A stretch of 64,000 bases of DNA, from the IMG/VR virus record IMGVR_UViG_2881214049_000001. One strand, given 5' to 3'. The notes under the pieces were generated by a model. The model did not search any database and was not told the DNA's origin. It saw only the letters and a program-made list of their open reading frames with translations. Positions 31,034 to 40,752 of this stretch are shown here, piece after piece (position 1 is the stretch's first letter; every line of letters starts with the position of its first letter). The translations under genes were made by a program, and so were the position numbers. This stretch comes from a virus.

Positions 31034-31510
31034 ATGTACGTTTTATTAGGGAGTGAGTGTTGTATGACAATAAGGTACAGCAAGTCCAGCATAACTAATG
31101 GTCGAGGCAAGCGAACAAGCCTAAACAGTCTTCTAAAAGACACCCACGTTAGAGCATTTGAAACATTGGCTTTGAACACTGCTAATGGGTTACGCGATGC
31201 TCTGCCGTTAAAGGAGAGTGCCAAAGTAGCCTATTTACTTGTCACGAGTGCAGATACGCTAGGGATGAACATTGATGAGTTCAATTACAATGTGAGTGTG
31301 GCAATTGTTGGTGTAGCGAATGATGCAGGTATATTAACCTATAACAAATGGCTACCAGAAAATGAGATCCAGGCAAGCCTACTAGCGACAGTGTCTAACG
31401 TTGCATATCAAGCTTTTGAGTTTCCGTCTGATGAATTTTATATTGGTAACCCTGCTGTTGAGCAGGTATTTGACATTACACCAGTATTGGACAATTTGAT
31501 TCTTAACTAA
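31034..31510 (+). CDS. Hypothetical protein, divergent from the HTH gene
   Basis: 158-aa ORF; GGGAG upstream of the likely ATG at 31064. Confidence 0.6.
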   Translation: MYVLLGSECCMTIRYSKSSITNGRGKRTSLNSLLKDTHVRAFETLALNTANGLRDALPLKESAKVAYLLVTSADTLGMNIDEFNYNVSVAIVGVANDAGILTYNKWLPENEIQASLLATVSNVAYQAFEFPSDEFYIGNPAVEQVFDITPVLDNLILN

Positions 31511-31721
31511 AACGGCTCTGCGTGTGTACTTAATGTACTCACAAGCAATGTGCGATTTTCAATATACTTGTAGTCACGCGTCTTGCGTTTAGTGATGCAC
31601 TACATTTAGAATGTTGACTCGAGACTAACGACATTTAGCCCAATATCATTATATGACGAACTGTGCACTTAAAATGATAGGTCAAGGGCTATAAGAATTT
31701 TGTAATGAATGGTGGACTAAG

Positions 31722-31934
31722 ATGGACGCAAAACACTTTAATGCGACTTTTGTTCGAGAAGACATTAATATAGCAGCACTGCTTAATACTACTTACCAAG
31801 GTGGACCTGCACTCATTGCTGCATATGAAGCCCTAAGTGATGAGGACAAAGCAAAAGTGTTGTGTAACGCAGCGATTAATGTCGGGGTTGGAATAGCCGG
31901 TATGGTACCGCCTGTTGAATATGAAAAGGAGTAA
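31722..31934 (+). CDS. Small hypothetical protein
   Basis: 70-aa ORF with ATG and upstream GGTGG. Confidence 0.55.
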   Translation: MDAKHFNATFVREDINIAALLNTTYQGGPALIAAYEALSDEDKAKVLCNAAINVGVGIAGMVPPVEYEKE

Positions 31935-32430
31935 TAGAAATCTAAATATACCTTAAGTGCGCTTTTATCAGAGCGACGTTCATATTGTTGATTGTAAGGT
32001 ACGGGAAGTAAAACGCTTTGCTTAAAAGAGTGAATATGCTTGTTGGTTACCCTTATTCAATGAATGCTCAGACGCTACGACTACATTTTAATTCATATCG
32101 GCGTCTGTTAGGGTGTAATTTGTCGCAATGCCAGAGTAATATTCTAAGCTTAATAGGCAGTTTATTTAGCTGGCGTTGTTAATTATTTTATCTATTAGTG
32201 CTTTGATTTTAAATGACTTTATAACCTTGGGTGGCGCTTACCGTTATAACAAGTGAAGCACCGGCCATTTAGGAAAGTTAATTGCCAAGTTTAATGTTAT
32301 CGTAGCGTAAGGTAATAGCAAAACAGCAGTTCTTTTTCTGATGTCGTCAAGTGTCAAGCGCCTGAGGTAATGACTTCTAGCAATGAGCATGAATGAGTTG
32401 TACAGTACGGTATGCTTTATATTGTACAAT

Positions 32431-32742
32431 TTACCCTTGCTTTGATGTGTTAATTTGTTCTTGCAAAAAGCCATCAATCATTCTATTAAAATTGTATTCA
32501 CCCAGTGCTTTTCTTAATCTAATTCTATCTTCCGTTAAACGCCCGCTCTCAATGAGTAAATTAATGGTGTAACGTGCTTTGAGTATGTCTTGAACATCAT
32601 CACCAACATATACAACACAATATATATCATGTTGGACGTAATTGGTGGGGTAGGGGAGCTTATCACAATGAAGTACATTACCAATTCGGTGTGTATTTGG
32701 TTTTTGCGCTGATGTTAAGAAAAGTGGATCTGAATTAAACAT
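32431..32742 (-). CDS. Hypothetical protein flanked by TTGTACAA sites
   Basis: 103-aa ORF; motif at 32802 upstream and 32422 downstream. Confidence 0.55.
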   Translation of the reverse strand: MFNSDPLFLTSAQKPNTHRIGNVLHCDKLPYPTNYVQHDIYCVVYVGDDVQDILKARYTINLLIESGRLTEDRIRLRKALGEYNFNRMIDGFLQEQINTSKQG

Positions 32743-33094
32743 GTAATGGGTCTCATGGAGAAGTTAAAAGCAACACAGTAAATTCGCTGTGAATTTGCAT
32801 ATTGTACAATGCGCACAGTATCCAATGGGTTGCTTACACTAAAGTTGCAACTAAAAAAAGGCGCTAATATTATACCAATTCGCCTTAATACTTGCTCAAT
32901 TTGAAGGAATAAATCTGACGCTAATTGGTTAAACGTTGCTTATCTAGAACAAACTAAGTAGCACCGCCTTTTCCTTGTCTGCATCCATGCAGCTACCTTG
33001 GCGATAGTATGACGTGCTAGCGGTATTATCTGTTCGCCTCAAAATAACAAGCTTAATTAAGCAAATTGGTATAAAGAGTCCGGCTGAGCGAGAT

Positions 33095-34411
33095 TTATCG
33101 ATTACTAAACTTCAAGAAAAAACGCTCAAACGCAGCTTGTCCAACATAAACAATACGTGTTAAGCCTGTATCAACACCTTGGTCATCTTTGTCTTCAGTA
33201 ATATAAAATACGCCCTCAGAGAAGCGCACGACACTGTCTATATGGTGTTCCCTCACATAGCATGGCGCTGTGATCATCTTAAATACGCGTTGTGCGTCGC
33301 TATCATTTAGATCAAGCGTGATATAAATACCTGGTGCCTGAACACCTTGATCATTGGCTGCATATAATAAATCCATGAGCTGCTTACGCATCGCATCAGC
33401 CGCAGGTTCAAGTGATTGCACAGTCGCAATAGCTGCTTGTTTCAATAACGCTTTATACGCTGAACCGATATCTTTAATATCACCTTCGCTGAGTTGCGCC
33501 AAAAGTGCATCTCTTTGTGCTGGTGTTAACTCAGCAATACGCTTAGCAGCATCCTCTAAGATTTCTTGATCTATACCGCCGCCGTCTAATATAACCGTAT
33601 CGACAAAATGATCTAACCATGGGATTTGTATGTTTTGTGCTAATTTCAATGGCGCAGACACACCAACTGGAGAATCCGTTTTTGAAACAAAGCGTATTTG
33701 TATATCATACTCAACATAGCGTTGATAAATTGAACCAGGCAAATCTTCAATTGCGAACCTTTCACCGTTAGGGCCAAAAAACTCATCTCGTTCAACGATG
33801 TATTCACGTGGCCCTGTATTTGTTAATACGGAGTTTATTACTTCGAAGCGCACTGACAAGTTGTCTTTTCCAGCCATATTGACACTTTCAATGTCATAAA
33901 TTAACCGGTATGGGTCACTAGGATTTGAAAAGGCAATGTCACTCAGTGTTGGGGCTGAATAGGCTGTCCCATGAGTAGTAAAAGCACCTTGAAGCCAACC
34001 TGTTTGCAATACTCCGTCAACAACAAGTTCTATACCATAGTAATAGTCAGTACCAGAGAGCAAACCATCGACAAATAAATCTTTGTATTGAAAACGGTCC
34101 TCAGCTTGATAAGTGACTTTATACGCTAGCTGAGTACCATTAAATTTGTATGGATTTAAGTTACCTTGCGCATATGTTTGATCGAATGAAACTGAGTTAC
34201 CATCTAATTCATCTTTGGCTGCAACATAAATAGACAAGTAGGTATTCGGTAAACTGGCTTGGTCTTTTAACGCATCTCGCAACGAGATGTGATCTTGCGC
34301 GCCAACCAGTGCAATGGCGTGGCGCATTAGCCCATCGGCTGCCGCTTGTGTTTGTGCCGTCGTGACTACATTGTTAGTAGCGTTTAAAAACGACAATAGA
34401 TCAAAAGTCAT
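33095..34411 (-). CDS. 438-aa protein with Ig/FN3-like repeats, paralog of the next gene
   Basis: GLLSGTDYYYGIELVVDG is FN3-like; shares PWL..FVDT with 34469..35788. Confidence 0.6.
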   Translation of the reverse strand: MTFDLLSFLNATNNVVTTAQTQAAADGLMRHAIALVGAQDHISLRDALKDQASLPNTYLSIYVAAKDELDGNSVSFDQTYAQGNLNPYKFNGTQLAYKVTYQAEDRFQYKDLFVDGLLSGTDYYYGIELVVDGVLQTGWLQGAFTTHGTAYSAPTLSDIAFSNPSDPYRLIYDIESVNMAGKDNLSVRFEVINSVLTNTGPREYIVERDEFFGPNGERFAIEDLPGSIYQRYVEYDIQIRFVSKTDSPVGVSAPLKLAQNIQIPWLDHFVDTVILDGGGIDQEILEDAAKRIAELTPAQRDALLAQLSEGDIKDIGSAYKALLKQAAIATVQSLEPAADAMRKQLMDLLYAANDQGVQAPGIYITLDLNDSDAQRVFKMITAPCYVREHHIDSVVRFSEGVFYITEDKDDQGVDTGLTRIVYVGQAAFERFFLKFSNR

Positions 34412-34468
34412 AGGAGATCACCTCTATAATAACTGGGCGTATAAACGCCCAGCAGATTGTAAAGCAGG

Positions 34469-35788
34469 TTATGAGAAAATAAGCTCAGCACGGTCACGAT
34501 ACACATCGCCACGCACTGACACTTGGAATTTTTTGTCTGAAATAACGCCACCTTCAACAATTGGGCCTAAGTAAAAAGCTTTACCAAGCCAAGTAAAGTA
34601 ACGGGTTTCGATACCGTTGGTGAAACCCTGTTTGGTCACAAACATAAAGACATCATAGGTATCAAATTCGGTATCTCCGGTAGAACCGCTCAAGTCCAAA
34701 ACTTCGCTGTAATCAGGGTCAATATCACTGTATAGAGCAATACGACGTAACTTCGTCCTTACTTCGTTAAAGGTATCTTTTGCACTTTCAAATTCTTCGA
34801 CCGCCACATCACGAGTCAGGTCGTACATCTGCGATGCAACGAGTGAATATGCGCCACTATTTAACGCGGTACGCAGTGCTTTGCGGGCATCTTTATTGGC
34901 TGTTAGCTTAGTTGCTATCTTACTCACAAGCGCATCTTCAATTTGCTTGCCTTTGATGACCGTCGTGTCGACAAAACCAGCAAGCCAAGGAAGTTCAAAA
35001 GATTGAGCGTCTACTTTTACCGAAGCTGAAGCTGAGTTGGGCGCATTATCCACTTTCTCTATCGTTCTTAAGTGGACAGAGTAATTTACATAACTGCGCA
35101 TGTTGTTTTCACCAACAGTAAACATAAAGGTTGGTTCACTGTCTGCTTGAAATTCAAATTCTCCAGAAAATACCACGCTTTGCTCATAAGGCACTTCTGG
35201 CATTGCACTCTTAGTGTCGTCAACTACTTCAAGTAAAAAGTGCGTGTTGTCCTCAGCTGAAACGTTACTGACTTTTACTTCGACACTTTTAGCCGTTTCT
35301 GTGATTGATAAAACGACATTTTCTGGCTCCGCTACATTCGAGCCCCCTAGTTGCATTTCAGAGCTTGGCGCTAATAGAAACTCTCCTTGCAGCTCGCCAT
35401 TCAGTACAAGTTCAAATGCGCATTTAAAACGCGCATTTGCTGGCAAGCCGCCAATTGTAATAGGCTCGTACTTTTCACTCCCTTCTTGCGCTTGATGCAA
35501 ATCTTTCAGAGCGACTTGCGCTGTATAATCTGCGGTATCGAGATCATCTTTTGTAAGCTCGCCGCTAGCATACGAGTGTTTCAAGTACACTTTTAGGTAT
35601 GAGTTACGAATGTCCTCTTTGAGAGATATGTTATTTTCACTTGCGTATGCTTTAATTGCATCGAATAAGTAGTCGCCTGCAATATCTTGGTTCTCTAGTG
35701 TCAGTGAAAGACTATAGATACCATGGTTGTTAGGTTGCGACGTAAACGTCACTGTGTTTTGCAATACAGTAGTAATATCAAATGCCAT
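34469..35788 (-). CDS. 439-aa protein with Ig/FN3-like repeats, paralog of the previous gene
   Basis: GLPANARFKCAFELVLNG; LPWLAGFVDTT; near-identical length and similar N-terminus (MAFDI vs MTFDL). Confidence 0.6.
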   Translation of the reverse strand: MAFDITTVLQNTVTFTSQPNNHGIYSLSLTLENQDIAGDYLFDAIKAYASENNISLKEDIRNSYLKVYLKHSYASGELTKDDLDTADYTAQVALKDLHQAQEGSEKYEPITIGGLPANARFKCAFELVLNGELQGEFLLAPSSEMQLGGSNVAEPENVVLSITETAKSVEVKVSNVSAEDNTHFLLEVVDDTKSAMPEVPYEQSVVFSGEFEFQADSEPTFMFTVGENNMRSYVNYSVHLRTIEKVDNAPNSASASVKVDAQSFELPWLAGFVDTTVIKGKQIEDALVSKIATKLTANKDARKALRTALNSGAYSLVASQMYDLTRDVAVEEFESAKDTFNEVRTKLRRIALYSDIDPDYSEVLDLSGSTGDTEFDTYDVFMFVTKQGFTNGIETRYFTWLGKAFYLGPIVEGGVISDKKFQVSVRGDVYRDRAELIFS

Positions 35789-35951
35789 GTTAGCATCTCC
35801 TATAGGTGCAGGATTGTAAGGCTCAATCTCACAGACTCATTTATGTACCAACAACGCGTTTGTTAGTTCAATATTCTCACAGTTGCAATTAAGGTAAAAC
35901 CAACCTAACTGCATGCTTTAAGAGCGCACAATCCATCCTAAAAACGTCGGC

Positions 35952-36569
35952 TCACTGATGTGATGAAGTTGCCAGCATAATTAATGCAGCGACTCTTTGA
36001 CTGTTTTCAAGCGTTGAGTTTGGCGCTTTTTTATATGCTAAGTGAGCAAATGCACTTTTGGTTTCTGCTTGTAAAAACCAGCAGGCATTACCCAACTCAG
36101 TTTCGACGATCAAAGCTAGTCTGTGATGATATTCACATAAATAACACGCCTCTTGGTGTGCATAGGTGAATGCTATCAGCAAATCATTTTTTTCTCGGCT
36201 TTGCTCTTCGAACGATTGTTTCAGTTTTACATGCCTATTGAGTAATTCAATACGCTGACTTTCACTTGCGGTTAACGCTTGCTCGTAGCTTGCCAGAGGC
36301 AGTGTACCCAGAATGTCATGTAAAACACTGTAGTCTCTTGATCTTGGAGACCAGTTTAGTCCGAGCTTATCCAGCGCCGTAGACAAAGCGTCCTTTGCTA
36401 GTCGAACTTCCTCTGCTAACAGCTCATTGGTAAAGCGCAGACGTTGCTGCTCTTTAACTATATCATCTCGGTTTGTACCGAGCTCGTTTTGGTGAGATAT
36501 GTGTTTTTGTGTCATCTTGCGCTTCCTTTTCGTTGAGCTAAATAAACATCTCAACGTTCTCAAACGCAA
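35952..36569 (-). CDS. Hypothetical coiled-coil protein
   Basis: 205-aa ORF; true start probably at the downstream MTQKH. Confidence 0.55.
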   Translation of the reverse strand: MRLRTLRCLFSSTKRKRKMTQKHISHQNELGTNRDDIVKEQQRLRFTNELLAEEVRLAKDALSTALDKLGLNWSPRSRDYSVLHDILGTLPLASYEQALTASESQRIELLNRHVKLKQSFEEQSREKNDLLIAFTYAHQEACYLCEYHHRLALIVETELGNACWFLQAETKSAFAHLAYKKAPNSTLENSQRVAALIMLATSSHQ

Positions 36570-36612
36570 AGTAGAACCTTACCTTCTACCTATCTCACAC
36601 ATGTAACCACGG

Positions 36613-37026
36613 CTAACTGGTTACCGAAGTGATGGCAAGCTGTCTTAAACGATATTGTTCAATCACTTTAGCTCTCGCTTCGCTCCAAGGTGCACAACAA
36701 CCTTTACCAAATTGCATCGCAGACCCATCATTTTTATTATTGTACAATGAGTAGAGGTTACAGCGATAGAGATTTACGCCCTCTTGTAGCGTTTCATCTA
36801 AAATTAGGTGGGTACATTGATTGGTTTCGGTGTTCATTTCACCTCTACCACACAGGTTCGTTCGGCAACACGCCCCACTTCTGACACATTTGAAATGATA
36901 AACAGGTTCACCCTCGTGATCTGAAACTACCAACAACTGCTCTTGTTCCATCCTTTTTAGCTCTGTATCACTTGGTCGCCAGAACTCAGGGTCAATGGTC
37001 ACAATCCCTTGATCACGACTATTCAC
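36613..37026 (-). CDS. YkgJ-like cysteine-cluster (Zn/Fe-chelating) protein
   Basis: FKCVRSGACC...C..L....YRCNLY cysteine pattern. Confidence 0.55.
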   Translation of the reverse strand: MNSRDQGIVTIDPEFWRPSDTELKRMEQEQLLVVSDHEGEPVYHFKCVRSGACCRTNLCGRGEMNTETNQCTHLILDETLQEGVNLYRCNLYSLYNNKNDGSAMQFGKGCCAPWSEARAKVIEQYRLRQLAITSVTS

Positions 37027-37273
37027 AGGTGGCTACTTTGTGATCGTCATGGGCAATCGTTGCAACACTTTCTCGATTAATCAGCATGGGCTCTTTATTA
37101 TGCGAGGAAAGTAGCACACTACCTTTATCAAACCGACGGACTTTGCCATTAAGACAGATACCATTGACTAAATACACACGCACTTTCGCCCCTTTTAAAA
37201 GGAACTGTATTAAGTGCTCTCCCCACAGGTCAAAAGGCTCACCATTGGGAAACACCAACTCTTTATTAGACAT
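37019..37273 (-). CDS. hfq: Hfq-like Sm-fold RNA chaperone, divergent
   Basis: VRVYLVNGICLNGKVRRFDKGSVLL...MLINRESVATI aligns with E. coli [25 protein letters not shown]...QMVYKHAISTV. Confidence 0.85.
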   Translation of the reverse strand: MSNKELVFPNGEPFDLWGEHLIQFLLKGAKVRVYLVNGICLNGKVRRFDKGSVLLSSHNKEPMLINRESVATIAHDDHKVATCE

Positions 37274-37361
37274 CGACTTAACTCCAGTTTACTGATTACT
37301 ACTAGTGCCACTTCGCTTTATATTTGCGACACAAAAATGAACTTGTTCACGCTGACAAACG

Positions 37362-37715
37362 TCAATTACGTATGTTTCTCGTTCTTACAAATTTATCAAA
37401 GCCTCTAAATCCAAACGAGGCTCCTACAGCTAGGCCGAACATATAGCGGTAAAATTCGGGGGTCTGCTCTAATTGAATAAAGCCTTGATGAGCGTATGGC
37501 GCAAGTTGTGGAATAAAACACATAATAAAAGGAACACTTAACAAAACAGTAAACCATTCATCTTTCCAACTGGTGGCCGCACCATTAGCCATCGCTTCTT
37601 CCCAACTTATTACGCGCTGCGCTTTAGCGTGTGCAGCTTGTTTAACAATATCCTGTTTGCCTTTAAATATTTCGAAAATCCAACCGCCTGCGGCTGTAAG
37701 AGCTTGAAACCACAT
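37362..37715 (-). CDS. Holin (3-TM, GTA-holin-like)
   Basis: SWKDEWFTVLLSVPFIMCFIP...LEQTPEFYRYMFGLAVGASFGFR signature. Confidence 0.72.
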   Translation of the reverse strand: MWFQALTAAGGWIFEIFKGKQDIVKQAAHAKAQRVISWEEAMANGAATSWKDEWFTVLLSVPFIMCFIPQLAPYAHQGFIQLEQTPEFYRYMFGLAVGASFGFRGFDKFVRTRNIRN

Positions 37716-37788
37716 GTTTTTATCCTTATTTAACTAAGTTAACACATCATACTTTTTATCTTTCTAATCCGCCCTCAGCAACATTATA

Positions 37789-38271
37789 CTACTGGAACAT
37801 GATGCGGCCACTTGACGCATGCAGACAATCAATAATTTGTTGTACAATAGTATAGGCAAGGCGACCATCATACTTGCCTAAATAGTTTTCTCTAAGTCTT
37901 TTCATACATAGCGCAATAATACAAGTGTCGTCCGCAATGGGATGAATATGAATAATCTCCACAATAAATTGTTCTATAATTCGCTCGAGTGCCAGCGCAC
38001 TGATCCTTTCAGGCATCGCATATAGCAAATGCACCAGCTCGTTATTCAAAGAGCTGAGCTTTTCTTTGTCTCTTACACCAGGTCGAGATTTGTTTTTTAT
38101 TTTAGCTATGGATTTTTTTATTTCATATTCAGCCAGTTGTGCAGCCCTTAACTGCGAATTTGGCTCCGATTCATCTATACCTAACGACTCACAAAATTTA
38201 CGTACTCGCTGTGCAGCATCCTCACACTCAACATCTAAATACACCAATACCGCATCAGTTGTACATGTCAT
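37789..38271 (-). CDS. Hypothetical protein
   Basis: 160-aa ORF downstream of the 28-bp palindrome. Confidence 0.55.
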   Translation of the reverse strand: MTCTTDAVLVYLDVECEDAAQRVRKFCESLGIDESEPNSQLRAAQLAEYEIKKSIAKIKNKSRPGVRDKEKLSSLNNELVHLLYAMPERISALALERIIEQFIVEIIHIHPIADDTCIIALCMKRLRENYLGKYDGRLAYTIVQQIIDCLHASSGRIMFQ

Positions 38272-38336
38272 CTTTTTTCAACCTAGTCTCATCTTGATAG
38301 CAATATGCCTTATAATTATCACAATTACAACGCGAT

Positions 38337-38364
38337 ACAATTTATATTGTACAATATAAATTGT
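38337..38364. promoter_or_regulatory. Perfect 28-bp palindrome centred on TTGTACAA between divergent genes
   Basis: ACAATTTATATTGT|ACAATATAAATTGT is its own reverse complement. Confidence 0.85.
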
Positions 38365-38447
38365 GCATGATGCGTGACTAAAAAAGAAGAAAGTAGCTAA
38401 CCGCCTACTTCGCAGTTAGAATAAGAGTCGTTTAATCTAAATGAGAC

Positions 38448-38942
38448 TTGAGAACCTATATTATGGAGCATGTACAAATACTTGGGGCGATCAGCCGCAC
38501 TAAAATGAAGCATACATATGAACTTATCGCGTTCGCTGATGGAGTTAAGCCTGCTGGGATAAGGGATATCATTAATGTGCCTCTTACACAAACCATTTGC
38601 CTTAATCGCAAGCTGCATATCAACGAGTATCCGCAAATTACGAGCTTTTTTGAAAGTTACCCTAGCTCACCCCCACTGGGACAACAAGCCATAGCGGTAT
38701 TTATTGAACATGATAGTTTGAATATAAAAGGTATGCTCAATTTAACCCCTTTGGGGTGGGCAACCCTGAGTAAAGAAAACGGCATGCCCATTCATTTACC
38801 GAGTATAAACCTCAGCACCCGCAAAAAACTGTTTGCACAAAACTATACTCATTTGCGTAACCTTTTAAATGAGTACAAATGTTATATGAATGATCCTCAG
38901 GGCTTTACTTATCATGTAACAGATGAAGTAAAAGCACAATAG
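38448..38942 (+). CDS. Hypothetical protein
   Basis: 164-aa ORF ending at a bidirectional terminator. Confidence 0.55.
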   Translation: MRTYIMEHVQILGAISRTKMKHTYELIAFADGVKPAGIRDIINVPLTQTICLNRKLHINEYPQITSFFESYPSSPPLGQQAIAVFIEHDSLNIKGMLNLTPLGWATLSKENGMPIHLPSINLSTRKKLFAQNYTHLRNLLNEYKCYMNDPQGFTYHVTDEVKAQ

Positions 38943-38958
38943 CTGTAATAAAGGGGGC

Positions 38959-38982
38959 AAAAGGTGACAACAAGTCACCTTT
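38959..38982. terminator. Bidirectional terminator between convergent genes
   Basis: AAAAGGTGAC-AACAA-GTCACCTTT. Confidence 0.7.
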
Positions 38983-38993
38983 ACTGGAACAAA

Positions 38994-39701
38994 TTAATAT
39001 AGATAGGCAGGCAATAAGTTAATAGTAATGGCGTCCGCTTGGCTGTAGTCATTATCTACAGTGCAATCAAAGTAAATATGATCAACTTGCGCTTCTTTAT
39101 TCGATACCACGTCTCTAAATGCTTGCGACGTAACTTTCGCACCATATTGCTTTAGTACCACACCTGAGGACTCATTATCGGGTAGCCATGGTTTAACCCT
39201 TGTAATATTATACGCATAGCCATTGTCATAGCCACGATAGCTTGGGTCTATCTCATTGCTAATATCCAGTGTTTCTCTGTATACCTCTTGACCTTTTCTA
39301 CGGGCAACAACATCACATGAAACAAGTGAGCTGATATCACCAACTCGGCCAGCAAACCAACCAGCACCGATGTAAATCTCTCCTGGAGAATCTGGGTAGG
39401 AGCTTTTTGAAATAGATACTGGCAATTTACAAATTACTTGTGTCGGGGTATTTGCAACATCTGGCGAAGCAATAGCAGGTTGCCCAATGCCATATTCACG
39501 TGCTGGTGTGTAATTATTATATGTCACAGTTGACCACAACCCACCATATTCACCAACTTCTGTCCCAGCGTAGACCGAACCTGTGATAGTACAGAACCCG
39601 CGAGGGGATGGTGTACTTGGGTGTTCAGGATAAAGAGAAGCATAGGCGGTAAAAGTGGTAAAAGCACACAGTATATATATGGCTAATCGATCATTTAACA
39701 T
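38994..39701 (-). CDS. Predicted secreted protein (Sec signal peptide)
   Basis: MLNDRLAIYILCAFTTFTAYA-S; GGGGAG RBS at ATG 39701. Confidence 0.65.
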   Translation of the reverse strand: MLNDRLAIYILCAFTTFTAYASLYPEHPSTPSPRGFCTITGSVYAGTEVGEYGGLWSTVTYNNYTPAREYGIGQPAIASPDVANTPTQVICKLPVSISKSSYPDSPGEIYIGAGWFAGRVGDISSLVSCDVVARRKGQEVYRETLDISNEIDPSYRGYDNGYAYNITRVKPWLPDNESSGVVLKQYGAKVTSQAFRDVVSNKEAQVDHIYFDCTVDNDYSQADAITINLLPAYLY

Positions 39702-39714
39702 AATATTACTCCCC

Positions 39715-40752
39715 TTAAAATTTATCTGCGTAAGTAGTTGCATAACTGCCTAGAAGCATAATATTGTCTTGAGCTGGGTTTTTAAATTGACAAATACTTC
39801 TCGCATAGCCATATGGTTGGTGTGGAAATTGACCACTATGTGTATATCTGATTGTCATGGTAGAAATTTTTTTACCATCAATCTCTTCATGCTCCCAGTG
39901 TGGGGTACTGCGTATCAAATGTACATTTGTATATTCGCTACGAATAAAACATCTATCAGACGCGATCTCACCTAAAAACCGGTCAGCAGAATAAGTGTTT
40001 GTGAACACTTCAAGTTTATTTGCCCTAAGACGTCCAATACATTGCACCTGGCCTAGATCGGATTTCAATTTGGTTGCACCAAACTCGTCGGTATAATCAA
40101 TACGATCTGCAGCGCATATACCTACTCTGGTAAGTTGTGGGTTTTTAAATGAAGTGGGATCTCGAAAAGATTGCTCAGAAATTACCATAAAGTCATCTAG
40201 GTAAACCACATCACCCACGCTGGTACGTGAAATAGTCACTTTTTTAACGGGCTTTGATGAATGAACGCCCCAAAAAACTAAGTTATTATTTACATCGACA
40301 GCATCTGGCAAAGCATAGTGTGCTACACCGCCATCCTGATAATCAAACTGAATTTGTAAATTCGCACTCCCAACATCTAAGTCAACAGCTTGAAATGCAA
40401 ACGATTTAATAGGGGCATCGAAAGTAAGCTCGATATCCTCCATGTAGATGGTCATTGAACCGGAAGGTGCATGCGATGTGGCTATAAATGATGCCTCACC
40501 CGTTAACGTTGCAGATACGCCATTGCTAAATGTTAATTTTTTTCCAGCAGCTGCTTGTCCGTTTATAAAACTCTCTAGACCATTAGAAACAGTGCTACTT
40601 GATGAATGGGCCTTAAACTCCTCTATTGCACTGGCTACCCTATCTTTTACTTTGGTAGTCCCCCAATCAAGGTCTCTTGCAAAAAAGGACGTGTCGGCCA
40701 GCACAGGAAATGCGCTCAGCAGAAACGTGATAATCGTTATTATCGCTTTCAT
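39715..40752 (-). CDS. Predicted secreted beta-rich protein (Sec signal peptide)
   Basis: MKAIITIITFLLSAFPVLA-D; LTFDAPIKSFAF...FWGV...IKKVTI...VYLDDF resembles lectin-like beta-sandwich domains. Confidence 0.7.
   Translation of the reverse strand: MKAIITIITFLLSAFPVLADTSFFARDLDWGTTKVKDRVASAIEEFKAHSSSSTVSNGLESFINGQAAAGKKLTFSNGVSATLTGEASFIATSHAPSGSMTIYMEDIELTFDAPIKSFAFQAVDLDVGSANLQIQFDYQDGGVAHYALPDAVDVNNNLVFWGVHSSKPVKKVTISRTSVGDVVYLDDFMVISEQSFRDPTSFKNPQLTRVGICAADRIDYTDEFGATKLKSDLGQVQCIGRLRANKLEVFTNTYSADRFLGEIASDRCFIRSEYTNVHLIRSTPHWEHEEIDGKKISTMTIRYTHSGQFPHQPYGYARSICQFKNPAQDNIMLLGSYATTYADKF

Noticed and set aside
38337-38364. Confirmed linear-plasmid telomere (telRL)
   Set aside because: No protelomerase gene in the window and the core equals the dispersed motif, so an operator is more parsimonious; retained only as an alternative.
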